DNA of 63,951 bases, filler included, from Globobulimina sp. (Eukaryota), in assembly GCA_003354225.1 (NCBI GenBank). It is 6 parts of 6 records of this genome, joined end to end, with 100 filler letters (N's around TTAATTAATTAA, not from the genome) between each part and the next. Parts side by side here need not be neighbours in the genome. Positions count along the whole stretch, not along the records: positions 1 to 10,944 come from PIVH01000018.1; 5 more parts are not named here. The stretch is one strand, 5' to 3'. Below, piece after piece: positions 1-9,827 of the stretch (position 1 is its first letter; every line of letters begins with the position of its first letter). The notes below the pieces were generated by a model. The model did not search any database, was not told the origin of the DNA, and saw only the letters and a list, made by a program, of their open reading frames with translations. The translations under genes were made by a program, and so were the position numbers.

Positions 1-1906
1 GTTTTGATGAAAGTATCGCAACTAAAATACATAATAAACACTCCTTTTGTTGTTCATCGAGCTTATCAAATCTAGTTAATATGAATTTGAATTTATTTCG
101 GATTTGTTTTTCTAATGTAAGTAATCCCTTTTCTTCTAATGTTTTCAATGTATTAGTGATTGTATTAGCCCAACTACTAGCATATACTTTTATAATGCCA
201 TGACTTTTTTGTCTAATCTCAGTATTATAATTTATTGATTGGTTTGAAAAAAATGTAAAAAAATGTATAGTCATAATCTCTAGCTTTTCCAGCTCAGGCT
301 TTTCCAGCTTTTCTTCATCTTCATCACAATATGATATAAATGAACTATTTAATGTATTTACTAAATTACTCTGATTTGTTGTTTGTGTATCTGAAATAAT
401 ATGATCCTCTGGATATATATCTGTTAATATTGTAGCATATTTCATACATAATTCTTCAATTTCATTTGCTGCTATTGCTGCATCAGTATGTATTTCGAAG
501 TCGTCCTCTTTCATTAACAAAGGTAACATAGTATAATCATATACACCATCTTGTCCTATCCAACTTGTATCATTAATGCTATTCATTGCTAATCTTATTG
601 ATAATCCAAAAGCTTTAGAAGCCCATCTTTGCAATTTTGAAAATTTTAAACATGATTTGATAATATTTGATTGTGGCTGTAGTGATTGTTGATATTCTTT
701 CATTGAAATATCATAATATATATCATTAGCAGTACATAATGATCGTTTTAATAAACCATTTTCATCTAAAAAATGTTTCGGCCATATGACTTCACCTGAT
801 TCTGTTGTCTGTTGTTCTTTCCTTAATCTAATTTCTTCTTCAATTAATTGACTCTTCCATTGCATTGTAATTTCGGGGATTTTTTGTCTCCATACACGTG
901 TACCATTTTCTAGTTTAGTGTGTAAAAAAACCCAAAATGCTAAGTCTCTAGTTAATGTTAAATTGTCATTCTGGGTATCATCCTTTTTTTCTTCTGTGAT
1001 ATCATAATAATGTGTATCAGCCCATTCAGATGGATTAACTCTACATATCGCACATGGAGCAATGGTCGCTCGACGAAGAACGCCATCTAATCCAACTTGA
1101 TTCATTATTTCAGAAGTCGTTGCTGGTGTACATGCACCAATCAATCCGGTTCTTTTATTTGCAATAGATGGAGTGGATTTGTTATCACCAGAATAAAGTA
1201 ATGCAGCTAAATTATTATCAGATATTTTAATTAAAAATTGTCCACCACTTTTATCTCCACCAGCAGTTAATTCTTGAATTTTACTTTTCATTTCTTCACA
1301 AATATAGACACCTTGTCCACCATGTTTAATAATATCAGTTACAATGGCACGTATTCGATCGCCTTCTAATTCAAATAATTTATTTCTATTAATTTCATCG
1401 TTATTTAATACTTCTTTCATAGTGGATGCATTATATTCAAGATTTAAATGCCGAACTTTATCTAAATTATTTGTATTTAATTTAAAAGTATTTTTCTCTT
1501 GTTGTGTACATAAATGTAAATTATTGGCACGACAAAATTGTACAATATGATAAGAAAGCAATTGCATTCTTGGTTTAAATAAATTCATAATTAAATTCGA
1601 TTTTGCAGATCCTGATAAACCACATAATATAAGAGTTCCATGCACAGACATTGCTCCAGCTTTCTTATTAAATTCTGTGAAATAAATTCCTGATCTCATA
1701 CCTATTAAATTAATGAAATATATATCTACCATCATTACTCCAAAGGGTGCTGCTTTATTTATTGATCCTGTTTGTATATATGTTTTTTGTATGCATGGAT
1801 GTCTTGATAAAAACGTGATTTCTTTTAATTGCGTTGCGTGTTTCAGCATGAATGCTTCAGATCTTTGTTCCACTATTTTATTTATTTTATCTTGTTTCGA
1901 TGTCAT
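1..1906 (-). CDS. P-loop NTPase, DUF3987/AAA+ helicase-like, >=635 aa, runs off the window (absent from the ORF track)
   Basis: Manual translation from ATG 1906 (MTSKQDKINK...) shows no stop to base 1. Walker A-like LILCGLSGSAKS (GLSGSAKS at 1598-1621), Walker B-like GVYICEE (~1292-1312), TGLIGACTP, GLDGVLRR (candidate arginine finger), and a wHTH-like TLKTLEEKGLLTL near the C-terminus. Confidence 0.6.
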   Translation of the reverse strand, partial: MTSKQDKINKIVEQRSEAFMLKHATQLKEITFLSRHPCIQKTYIQTGSINKAAPFGVMMVDIYFINLIGMRSGIYFTEFNKKAGAMSVHGTLILCGLSGSAKSNLIMNLFKPRMQLLSYHIVQFCRANNLHLCTQQEKNTFKLNTNNLDKVRHLNLEYNASTMKEVLNNDEINRNKLFELEGDRIRAIVTDIIKHGGQGVYICEEMKSKIQELTAGGDKSGGQFLIKISDNNLAALLYSGDNKSTPSIANKRTGLIGACTPATTSEIMNQVGLDGVLRRATIAPCAICRVNPSEWADTHYYDITEEKKDDTQNDNLTLTRDLAFWVFLHTKLENGTRVWRQKIPEITMQWKSQLIEEEIRLRKEQQTTESGEVIWPKHFLDENGLLKRSLCTANDIYYDISMKEYQQSLQPQSNIIKSCLKFSKLQRWASKAFGLSIRLAMNSINDTSWIGQDGVYDYTMLPLLMKEDDFEIHTDAAIAANEIEELCMKYATILTDIYPEDHIISDTQTTNQSNLVNTLNSSFISYCDEDEEKLEKPELEKLEIMTIHFFTFFSNQSINYNTEIRQKSHGIIKVYASSWANTITNTLKTLEEKGLLTLEKQIRNKFKFILTRFDKLDEQQKECLLCILVAILSSK

Positions 1907-2021
1907 TTTAAAGTAATGTAAAGTTTAAAGCAATGTTAATTGACGTTAAATTTATTTATTATTCATAATTCAACATGTTAATTGACGTAAACAAAAATTA
2001 TATTTATTACTAGCTTACGAA

Positions 2022-2420
2022 ATGGATATTAATATTCCAATGAAACATCATTCAATTAAAAAATATACATTAAAACAGATTGCAGCAGAAACATGGCATA
2101 TACATCACAATACTGGATTTACTTTAACATGTGAAGCAAAAGAACCAGATAAAGAAGAATTAATTCAAGAATTGTTTAAACTTTGGGATAGATTAAAAGG
2201 TGATTCGACATTTTGTGGAATTGGAATATCAAAAAAAAAAAGAATACGAAGTTTTGAATCAGCGTTTAACGGATTTGAAATACAAAATAGTGCAAGGAAA
2301 AGAGTGCCAAGTTATGAGCCTCTAATGAAAAAAGTGAAATATAACATAGAACAGCAACGTGAGCTTTTAAAAAAGGAAACAAAAGAGCTTTTGAAAAATA
2401 TAAAGTATTTCTTAAATTAA
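2022..2420 (+). CDS. Hypothetical basic protein, 132 aa
   Basis: Clean ATG ORF, divergent from the NTPase gene across a 115-bp intergenic region; no recognised domain. Confidence 0.5.
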   Translation: MDINIPMKHHSIKKYTLKQIAAETWHIHHNTGFTLTCEAKEPDKEELIQELFKLWDRLKGDSTFCGIGISKKKRIRSFESAFNGFEIQNSARKRVPSYEPLMKKVKYNIEQQRELLKKETKELLKNIKYFLN

Positions 2421-2483
2421 ATTAATAAACCTATTAAAAGATACAAAGTAAGTAGTAAGTTACCGTAGTAAGTATTGATTTAA

Positions 2484-4408
2484 TCATTGAAATCTGCTGG
2501 TTCCATCATTGTATGGTCTAAACTCTACATTAACTGTTTGACCATTCATTACAATTCTGTTATATTGTCGATGACAAACATCTTGCGCTCGTACTGTATT
2601 TTTAAAGACCGCGCAGGTCCAAAATCTATATTTTGTTCTTGCCTCCCATCGAGAAAATCTTTCAATAATAGGGGTTAAACCTAATTGTTTTAACGTATCA
2701 ATTGCATCTTCTTCTGTGAAACACAGTTCGAATCCACCAACAAACGATCTAAGTAAGGTAATTTCTCTTCCGTTATTGACGGATGCAACAAATCGCCACA
2801 TATATAATTTAAAGGACTGATCATTAGGTGGTGGCGGCGATGGTTTAGCGGATCGACCATTAGGTGGTGGTGGCGTATCCTGATTCATATTTTTATTGTA
2901 AATAGTTAACAAATTGAATTTTTGTTCCAATTCATGAAATTCAGATTGTAAATGATAGATTTTCTGATTTTTGGACTCATTTTTTGATTGCAATCCATTC
3001 GCATTATCTTTTAATTTATAAATTTCTTTTTGTAAATTATTATTTTCTTCGATTTTTTCCTTTAATGTTTTTTTTAAATAATGTATCTCGGCCTTGGATT
3101 GTTTTATGGTGTTTTGTAAATTAGATAAATTATCTTCGCTGTCTTTCTTTTCGTCCTCTTTCTTTTCATCCTCTTTCCTTTCATGAGCATCTTCACAAAA
3201 TAACGCCTGATGGCAACATAACAGTTGTAACTTTGCATTTTGACTTACCCATCCATAAAATTTGCGTTTATCACCACAATAATACCTAATGCTCTTCGGC
3301 ATGATAACATGACCATCGTAATGATCACGCATTACTTTTGCAACGTAATCTAATTGGAATTCGAATCTATGAAACGTAAATAATGTATCTATAATAAATT
3401 TAATTGTGTGTGAGGAAACAGGGATTCTCAGGCGTAGTGCACATTGTATCGCCCTTACTATCATAGATGTGTTGAATTCGTCTGGACATAAAAAAGCAAT
3501 CGATATCAACTGCTCAACCGATAGATCTATGCCGCGTGGTAGATATGCTTTAATTTCAACTCGTGTCCCGTTAATATTTATAAAGTAGCTGCAACCTAAC
3601 TCCTCAGCGACACGACGTTCAATAAATGATCTAAATTGCGTATGCATTGTATTTTGAATCATACCCCGTATATAACAATGGTGTGTCAGGAAAATGACAT
3701 TGTAATTTAAATCATCACAATTATCATAACACAATGCGCTTTGAAAAAGCAATAGTAAAAATGTTTTGTTGGTTAACCAGAACCAAAGGGATATATCCTG
3801 TCTTGGTATTGTCACGATATTGTTGCTTACTGTAAATAATGTTAAAGTAAATGGATATATTGTGTCGCCATCCCCATCGCAACTAATTTGAGATGCACAA
3901 CTTTTATAAACCACACGTTTTTGATCTGTTGTTAAATCGGCTAATTTTGCGTTACCGGTTCGAAATAAATCAATAATTAATGTATATTTAATTAATTCTG
4001 AATGATAGCCATGCTCCCCATATTTAACTTTATCGCGTAATACATCTAAAATGAAATTAAATAATTTGAACGAATCGTTTTTTGTTCCTTGTCGATCCGG
4101 ATGACAATATCGCGCAATTTGTTTTAATTTCTCTTTTAATTTATTATCATAGCCATGAGGGCGATTGTTTAAATTGTATTTCAATAAATTGGGTAAACCT
4201 ACAAAAGACAAATGTATAAAGGTACAAAAGTATAACTGTATAACCTATAAAACATACCAATGATCTGATAAAAATTATAGGCAATACCGCTATCTTTACG
4301 GGTGACGAATGGGTAAAGATATTTTGTCTTTGTATTGAGTGTAAATACATAATCTTTAGTATTGAGTGTAAAAATGTTAGGTTGTGGCGGCGCCTTCTCT
4401 TCTGCCAT
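2484..4408 (-). CDS. Two-exon J-domain (DnaJ) / coiled-coil / RRM protein; intron 4199-4257
   Basis: Removing a 59-nt GTATGT...TTTTGTAG intron joins ORFs 4199-4408 and 2484-4211 in frame (NFYQIIG|LPNLL). J-domain HPD motif (ARYCHPDR), a coiled coil, a Pro-rich linker and a C-terminal RRM-like region (SFVGGF...MNGQTVNVEF). Confidence 0.75.
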
Positions 4409-4631
4409 GGAATCAAATGGATGCTTAATATGATGCTAAGGTTTTTATCTAAGTTAAATTTATTAATTACGATTAAGACTATCATGTCGCTAGAGAAGAA
4501 ATAAATTAATTTAATTTAAACAAGATACAATTTAATCAATTGATACAATTTCAATTAAGTATAATTGGTTATCAAATACAATTTTAATCAATTCGGATTA
4601 AACAATTTCAAGATATTCAACTATCAATAAG

Positions 4632-5012
4632 ATGAATGAAAGACATGAAGTTGATACAAATGGCTATTATAATCGTACTTACTTACTGACGCAAGTCCGT
4701 TACGACCGACATTCTGAGAATTATCGTCCATCACAATCTCCACCGCAGCCTGTTAAACCTGCCAAACGATCACAGTCAATTGCAATCAAAAGGGAACGCC
4801 AACATGATGAAGAACTTCCGTCACCAAAACGATGTAAATTAAATAAAAATAATAAAAATAAAAATAATCCAGATTCAAATTCAAGTTATGAACAGTATGT
4901 GGTACAATATGTATGGACACGCATTCAATATACGGATTCATATGAAAAATATGTATGGAATCGTAATAAATGGGATCCAAACTCAAAATACCAATCAAAA
5001 TATATTAAATAA
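4632..5012 (+). CDS. Hypothetical protein, 126 aa, with NLS-like PSPKRCK and a duplicated SYExYV motif
   Basis: ATG ORF from the track; low complexity; no recognised domain. Confidence 0.4.
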   Translation: MNERHEVDTNGYYNRTYLLTQVRYDRHSENYRPSQSPPQPVKPAKRSQSIAIKRERQHDEELPSPKRCKLNKNNKNKNNPDSNSSYEQYVVQYVWTRIQYTDSYEKYVWNRNKWDPNSKYQSKYIK

Positions 5013-5429
5013 ATACTTGCAAACAGATTGGTTCTATCATTTGAATTTAAAACTGAAAATGTAGCATTTTTTTTTTTTAATACTTATTATACATTAATTA
5101 AATTAATAGTAATTACTTTCTTCCATACGTATGTTATTAAACTAAAGTGTAGTGATAATATTAATTTCACTGAGGTTTTTATTTACGTTAAATTTATTAT
5201 TTACAATTAAGGCTATCATGTCGGTTGCATTTGTAGAGTATAAGGAGTGTAAGAATCATCCAAAGAGGGATCTGTTTGTCAAGGAGCGCAGTCTTGTCAA
5301 CAGTATGTGGCATTTGGGGGAGAATGTCGCGCTGGGTCTTGTTTCAAAGACAGGCAGCGTGTATGCATCAGATGTATGTCGTGAAGCATCTCAGGCATTA
5401 CTTGGTACAGGATATGTATTGCTTGCTGG

Positions 5430-5762
5430 TCAGTGTAAGACGTGGGATATACATAAAAGTGCGATTTTATATGAATGTTTATCATATCGTTTGTTCGATT
5501 TTTTGATTTGTGGATTAATAATATCATAAATATCATTAATTCTGAACATATTCATTGGATATTGTTTAGCAATGGATTGCCAAAAATAGCATCTTATTTC
5601 ATTTGGTTCTAAATCGCTTGCTTCTTTATCTGAAATTGTAATATAAAATCCTAAATCATTTGGCAATGTGTTGATATTTTGTATACATCCTTGCACAACA
5701 GCTATTTTGCTGTCTGATTGTTGTATAGATGTTATATTCTTGTATAAATATTTTTGTGCCAT
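5430..5762 (-). CDS. Stand-alone OB-fold protein resembling an RPA70 ssDNA-binding domain
   Basis: Pattern FYITISD...EIRCYFW...NDIYDIINPQIKKSNKRY...YKIAL parallels RPA70 DBD-A (F..L.D..GEIRATAF...NKVYY.S...LK.ANKQF...YE..F). Confidence 0.6.
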   Translation of the reverse strand: MAQKYLYKNITSIQQSDSKIAVVQGCIQNINTLPNDLGFYITISDKEASDLEPNEIRCYFWQSIAKQYPMNMFRINDIYDIINPQIKKSNKRYDKHSYKIALLCISHVLH

Positions 5763-5780
5763 ATCTTCAAATATGTTGTT

Positions 5781-5812
5781 ATCTTTAATTAATTTCTTAG
5801 TGTTTTGAAGAT
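5781..5812. repeat. Dispersed motif ATCTTTAATT(A/G)ATTTCTTAGTGTTTTGAAGA, copy 1
   Basis: 30/31 identical to 63695-63725. The core also matches the reverse complement of 55362-55382. Confidence 0.85.
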
Positions 5813-6190
5813 ATGTCGTTATGAGTATTATATCGTATTAATTATGAAAAAAATAACGTAAGCTTTCATCGATTGACATGTTCTATTTAATCGAATTTAA
5901 AGTTTTGAAATCTGTTTTTAAAAACCTTAGTTGATTAAATGAAAAATAGAAGAATTAGATTAAATGAAAAATAGAAGAATTTGGGTAGAATTTGTAATAT
6001 ACTTTTAAAAGTTTAATTATTGTATGAAAATGAGAAAATAAATATGTAAAAGTTTGTATACTTTATACTGATTACAGGAATTTAATTTCAATCTGTGAAC
6101 ATGCGTAAGCGTTATATTTTATATTTTTATTATCTTTATAGCCATACGGTGTAAATATTGAAAATGTTGTATTTTCCCTTTGATAATTAC

Positions 6191-9145
6191 CTAACATAAT
6201 AACAGCAGGATAGAATGCTTTTTTTTTTTAATTCTAAATCCAATAAAAGCTCCATCAAGCTCTGGTCCATAATAATCATTATGAATTGGTCTTGATTTTA
6301 ATAGTGTATGTGCAATAGTTGGTGATGTTTTATTGAATTTATATGTTTCCGCATAATATTGCCATTGATTATTTGTTACAATACTATCTAATAAATTATC
6401 ACAATTTGATTTATTATTAATATCTCCATTAATCCAACATGTATAACTTTTATCATTTAATGTAAAGTAGCGTTTCATTCGATCTTTATTAATGAAAATA
6501 AATTTGTTTTTTAAGTTTTCATCAATATCGGATTTATCATCTAAATTATTGTCAAATTTATCATCTAAATTAATATATTCTTCTGGATATGTGGCAGCAA
6601 ATGTTAATACTATATTACTTAAAAAATCTCGTTGTTGTTGAAATGATGGCTGTTCATAACGTAAATAGATATCTTTAAAATTATTAATTAAGTCCTTTCT
6701 ATGAGTACTAAGGGAAGCTGATCTATTGTAACATTTTGGATTTTTTTCACCATGTTTTTGTAATGTATCGTATTTAAAAGAGGCTATTGCATCTCTTCTG
6801 ATCCATGAATTTATACATCGATAAACAGATCGATCGCCTGCCATTTCATTTTGAAGCCAACGATTAATTATTTCAGATACATTTTGACATTCATCTTTTA
6901 ATCTAGTTAACATATTCCATTTTATTTTAGCGTAATACGAGTTCTTATTGACATATGTTTTCATAAATGAATTGAAAACAAGTTTCAATGAGATTATATA
7001 TTTTGCTTTACCTTTAATACTATTTAATGAATTAATTACATGCTTTTTTTGTTTTACTAAAAACTCATCGATCTCACTAATTCGTAACCAACAACAAGCA
7101 AAATATAATTTTAATTCAAAACGAAATAATCTGTTACCTAAATATAATTTAAGTAATGCATTTCTTTGTATTCTTCGAAAAAATATCATATTCAAATGAT
7201 ACAGACAGCCTAATTCCCTTGGTATATTCCATAATTTAGCAAATACTTCAAAACCTTTTTCAAAATCTAATCCAATTTCTGTAATTTGTAATTTAAATGT
7301 TTTATTTTGTTTTTTAAGTCGCGCAATATTTAATTCGATTATTTTACTGGCAATCTTTTTATAATCTGCCTTCTTTTTTGTCCTAGTAAATACTAAAATG
7401 CATTCCATATTCATAGATGTCCGTTTATTACATGGTGAATAGTGATGGGTGCTAAATATTAATAATTGTTTCCAGGGATATTGTCCAGTGTTTGCTAAAG
7501 GAGACATAGAGATTTTTGGAAATGTACCGTCTAAATTGATTCGACGACATTGTTGCATACGATATGTAGCATGCGGTGATTGAAATATAAAGTCGCCATC
7601 ATCAGTTCTACCTAAATAAATTTGTCCAAGCCACATTTTATTTAATTTCCATTGCCTTTGCATAGATAAATTATGTAATTTAATTTTTAATTTATTCATT
7701 TCGTAACATATATTATTCATCTCTTGTAAAGTATGATCAATTGACTGATTGACGTGATATGGTTTATTATGATTCAAAATTAAATTATCCAAATGAGTTT
7801 GTGTATCTGTTTTCTTTTCTTCATTCAATTGAAATTCATCTTGTTTCGATTGATGAAACGTTTTTCCATATTTTGTAGTTAAACAAATAGATTCCAATTG
7901 TTTAAAAGATTTTGGTAATTTAGGATGAAAATTATCGCGCGCTTTATATAATCTGTCACTAATATCATTAATATTTTCAAATAAACTGGCTTCATGTGGA
8001 AACTGTAAAATTGCATTTTTAATATTAGCGGTAACTTTAATATCAACATTTGATAAATTATGTAATATTAACTGGTTAACTAGCCATTCTTTGGTAGCAC
8101 GTTCTTTGGTCCATGAGGGTGGATGATCAGTATGATCTTTTATATTTTCTACATCATCAGCAATAATATAACCATATTGTGCCCATTCTTCATATTTAAT
8201 GTCATCGCAATGTAATGTTTTAAAATGAACTTTACATTTTCTGTGATTACAAGACCAATAATATTTTGTAATTCCATTTTTTGTTTTTTGACAATTTGTG
8301 TAATTATATTTGTAATCTAAAATGTTGATGCATTTCATGGTTGGAGGTATTGCAATATATTTAGTCTGACGAATTTGACTTAATATGTATTGTGTATATA
8401 ATATTTGTTGTGCATCTTGAGAAAAAAAGGATGAATCATCATCATTGGCATAGTCATCGTCATTTGTTTTGTTTAGTAAATTATTTAATTTAGATGTAAA
8501 TTGTAATTTTTCTTCTTCATCGTCATTTGTTTGTTTCAGGAATTTGGTTTTAATTACATTATTTAATTTGGATGTAAATTGTAATTCTTTTTCATTTATT
8601 TTCAGGGATTTGTTTTTCATTTCATTTATCATTACATTATTTAATTTAGATGTAAATTGTAATTTTTCTTCTTCATCGTTATTTGTTTGTTTCAGGAATT
8701 TAGTTTTAATTACATTATTTAATTTGGATTTGTTTTTCATTTCATTTATCATTACATTATTTAATTTAGTAAATTCTCTTTGTTTTTGTAATTCTTTTTC
8801 ATTTATTTTCATGGATTTGTTTTTCGTTTCATTTATCATTACATTATTTAATTTAGTAAATTCTCTTTGTTTTTGTAATCTTTGTTCATTTATTTTCATG
8901 GATTTGTTTTTCATTTCATTTATCATTACATTATTTAATTTAGATGTAAGTTCTCTTTGTTTTTGTAATTCTTCTTCATTTATTTGTTCTAGATCTATAC
9001 ATTGTGCTTGATTTTGGTCTGTAGAAACGATAAAAGATAAGGTACGTAGTAAATGTTCGGTAATATTCTCTGAAGGTTTAAAAAGTTTTTGCTTTTTATT
9101 TTCAGTTGAATACTGATTTGTTGGTGATCTTTTACGTTTTGACAT
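6191..9145 (-). CDS. MULE (Mutator) DDE transposase with WRKY/FLYWCH-like zinc finger
   Basis: Zinc finger YYWSCNHRKCK...DHTDH. Catalytic pattern INLDGTF, GLDFEKG, GCLYH (CxxH) and QNVSEIIN. Likely start is MSKRKRS (ATG 9145, NLS-like); the track ORF extends to 9304. Confidence 0.9.
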   Translation of the reverse strand: MSKRKRSPTNQYSTENKKQKLFKPSENITEHLLRTLSFIVSTDQNQAQCIDLEQINEEELQKQRELTSKLNNVMINEMKNKSMKINEQRLQKQREFTKLNNVMINETKNKSMKINEKELQKQREFTKLNNVMINEMKNKSKLNNVIKTKFLKQTNNDEEEKLQFTSKLNNVMINEMKNKSLKINEKELQFTSKLNNVIKTKFLKQTNDDEEEKLQFTSKLNNLLNKTNDDDYANDDDSSFFSQDAQQILYTQYILSQIRQTKYIAIPPTMKCINILDYKYNYTNCQKTKNGITKYYWSCNHRKCKVHFKTLHCDDIKYEEWAQYGYIIADDVENIKDHTDHPPSWTKERATKEWLVNQLILHNLSNVDIKVTANIKNAILQFPHEASLFENINDISDRLYKARDNFHPKLPKSFKQLESICLTTKYGKTFHQSKQDEFQLNEEKKTDTQTHLDNLILNHNKPYHVNQSIDHTLQEMNNICYEMNKLKIKLHNLSMQRQWKLNKMWLGQIYLGRTDDGDFIFQSPHATYRMQQCRRINLDGTFPKISMSPLANTGQYPWKQLLIFSTHHYSPCNKRTSMNMECILVFTRTKKKADYKKIASKIIELNIARLKKQNKTFKLQITEIGLDFEKGFEVFAKLWNIPRELGCLYHLNMIFFRRIQRNALLKLYLGNRLFRFELKLYFACCWLRISEIDEFLVKQKKHVINSLNSIKGKAKYIISLKLVFNSFMKTYVNKNSYYAKIKWNMLTRLKDECQNVSEIINRWLQNEMAGDRSVYRCINSWIRRDAIASFKYDTLQKHGEKNPKCYNRSASLSTHRKDLINNFKDIYLRYEQPSFQQQRDFLSNIVLTFAATYPEEYINLDDKFDNNLDDKSDIDENLKNKFIFINKDRMKRYFTLNDKSYTCWINGDINNKSNCDNLLDSIVTNNQWQYYAETYKFNKTSPTIAHTLLKSRPIHNDYYGPELDGAFIGFRIKKKKHSILLLLC
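8480..8985 (-). repeat. In-frame coding tandem repeat in the transposase N-terminus (TSKLNNVMINEMKNKS-like units)
   Basis: About seven KLNN-containing units visible in both DNA and protein. Confidence 0.9.
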
Positions 9146-9530
9146 GCAAATTGTATGACTAATTACGAAACTAAAAAAATATGACGCAATTGTAGGACTA
9201 ATTATGAAACTAAAAAAATATTTTACGTAACCAACAATAAAGCAAGAAATAGTCAAACAATACATATTCAAATCAGTTATTAACAAAACATAATTAATCA
9301 TCATTGATAATCCAGATAATCTGTATATTTGTTATCTTATTTCAGAATCCATTAATTTTAAAATACAAAGATCCATTCGTTACTTTGAATTAATTATTTC
9401 AGAATCCATTAATTATTCATCTAATATCCATTAAATATAATTTAATATGTTAAATATAATATTAAATTAAGTTATAACCAAATTATAGGACCAATTATGA
9501 AACCAAAAAATTATGAATTATGAATTTAAA

Positions 9531-9811
9531 AATTATTTTATGGAAATTTTTTTTCATGAAAATGGAAACGGAAATGGCAATGGAAAAAAAATTATTTTAT
9601 GGAAATTTTTTTTCATGAAAATGGAAACGGAAATTTCGTGAAAATTTCATGTAATTAGATGAAAATTACATGTAATTAGATGAAAATTAGATGAAAATTA
9701 CATGAAAATTAGATGAAAATTAGATGAAAATTACATGAAAATTAGATGAAAATTACATGAAAATTACATGAAAATTAGATGAAAATTACATGAAAATTAC
9801 ATGTAATTTTC
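9531..9811. repeat. Subterminal array: ~59-bp duplication, about 15 copies of GAAAATTA(C/G)AT, and a terminal 20-bp palindrome
   Basis: 11-bp units read directly at 9640-9811; GAAAATTACATGTAATTTTC at 9792-9811 is a perfect palindrome. Confidence 0.95.
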
Positions 9812-9827
9812 TTTAAACATTTATTCT

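Noticed and set aside
5152-5529. Plus-strand ORF overlapping the OB-fold gene
   Set aside because: Convergent 100-bp overlap and no recognisable domain; not supported enough to list as a gene.
5933-5981. Short tandem duplications (also ~22663-22720 and ~28303-28335)
   Set aside because: Two-copy AT-rich slippage products with no further structure.
8469-9011. Antisense ORFs in the track (e.g. 8469-9011, 16362-16913, 38394-39077, 57138-57623, 60438-60953)
   Set aside because: They are shadows of longer, well-supported genes on the opposite strand.
9640-9811. CRISPR array or telomeric repeat
   Set aside because: Contiguous 11-mers with no unique spacers, no cas genes, an internal position and no G-rich strand.
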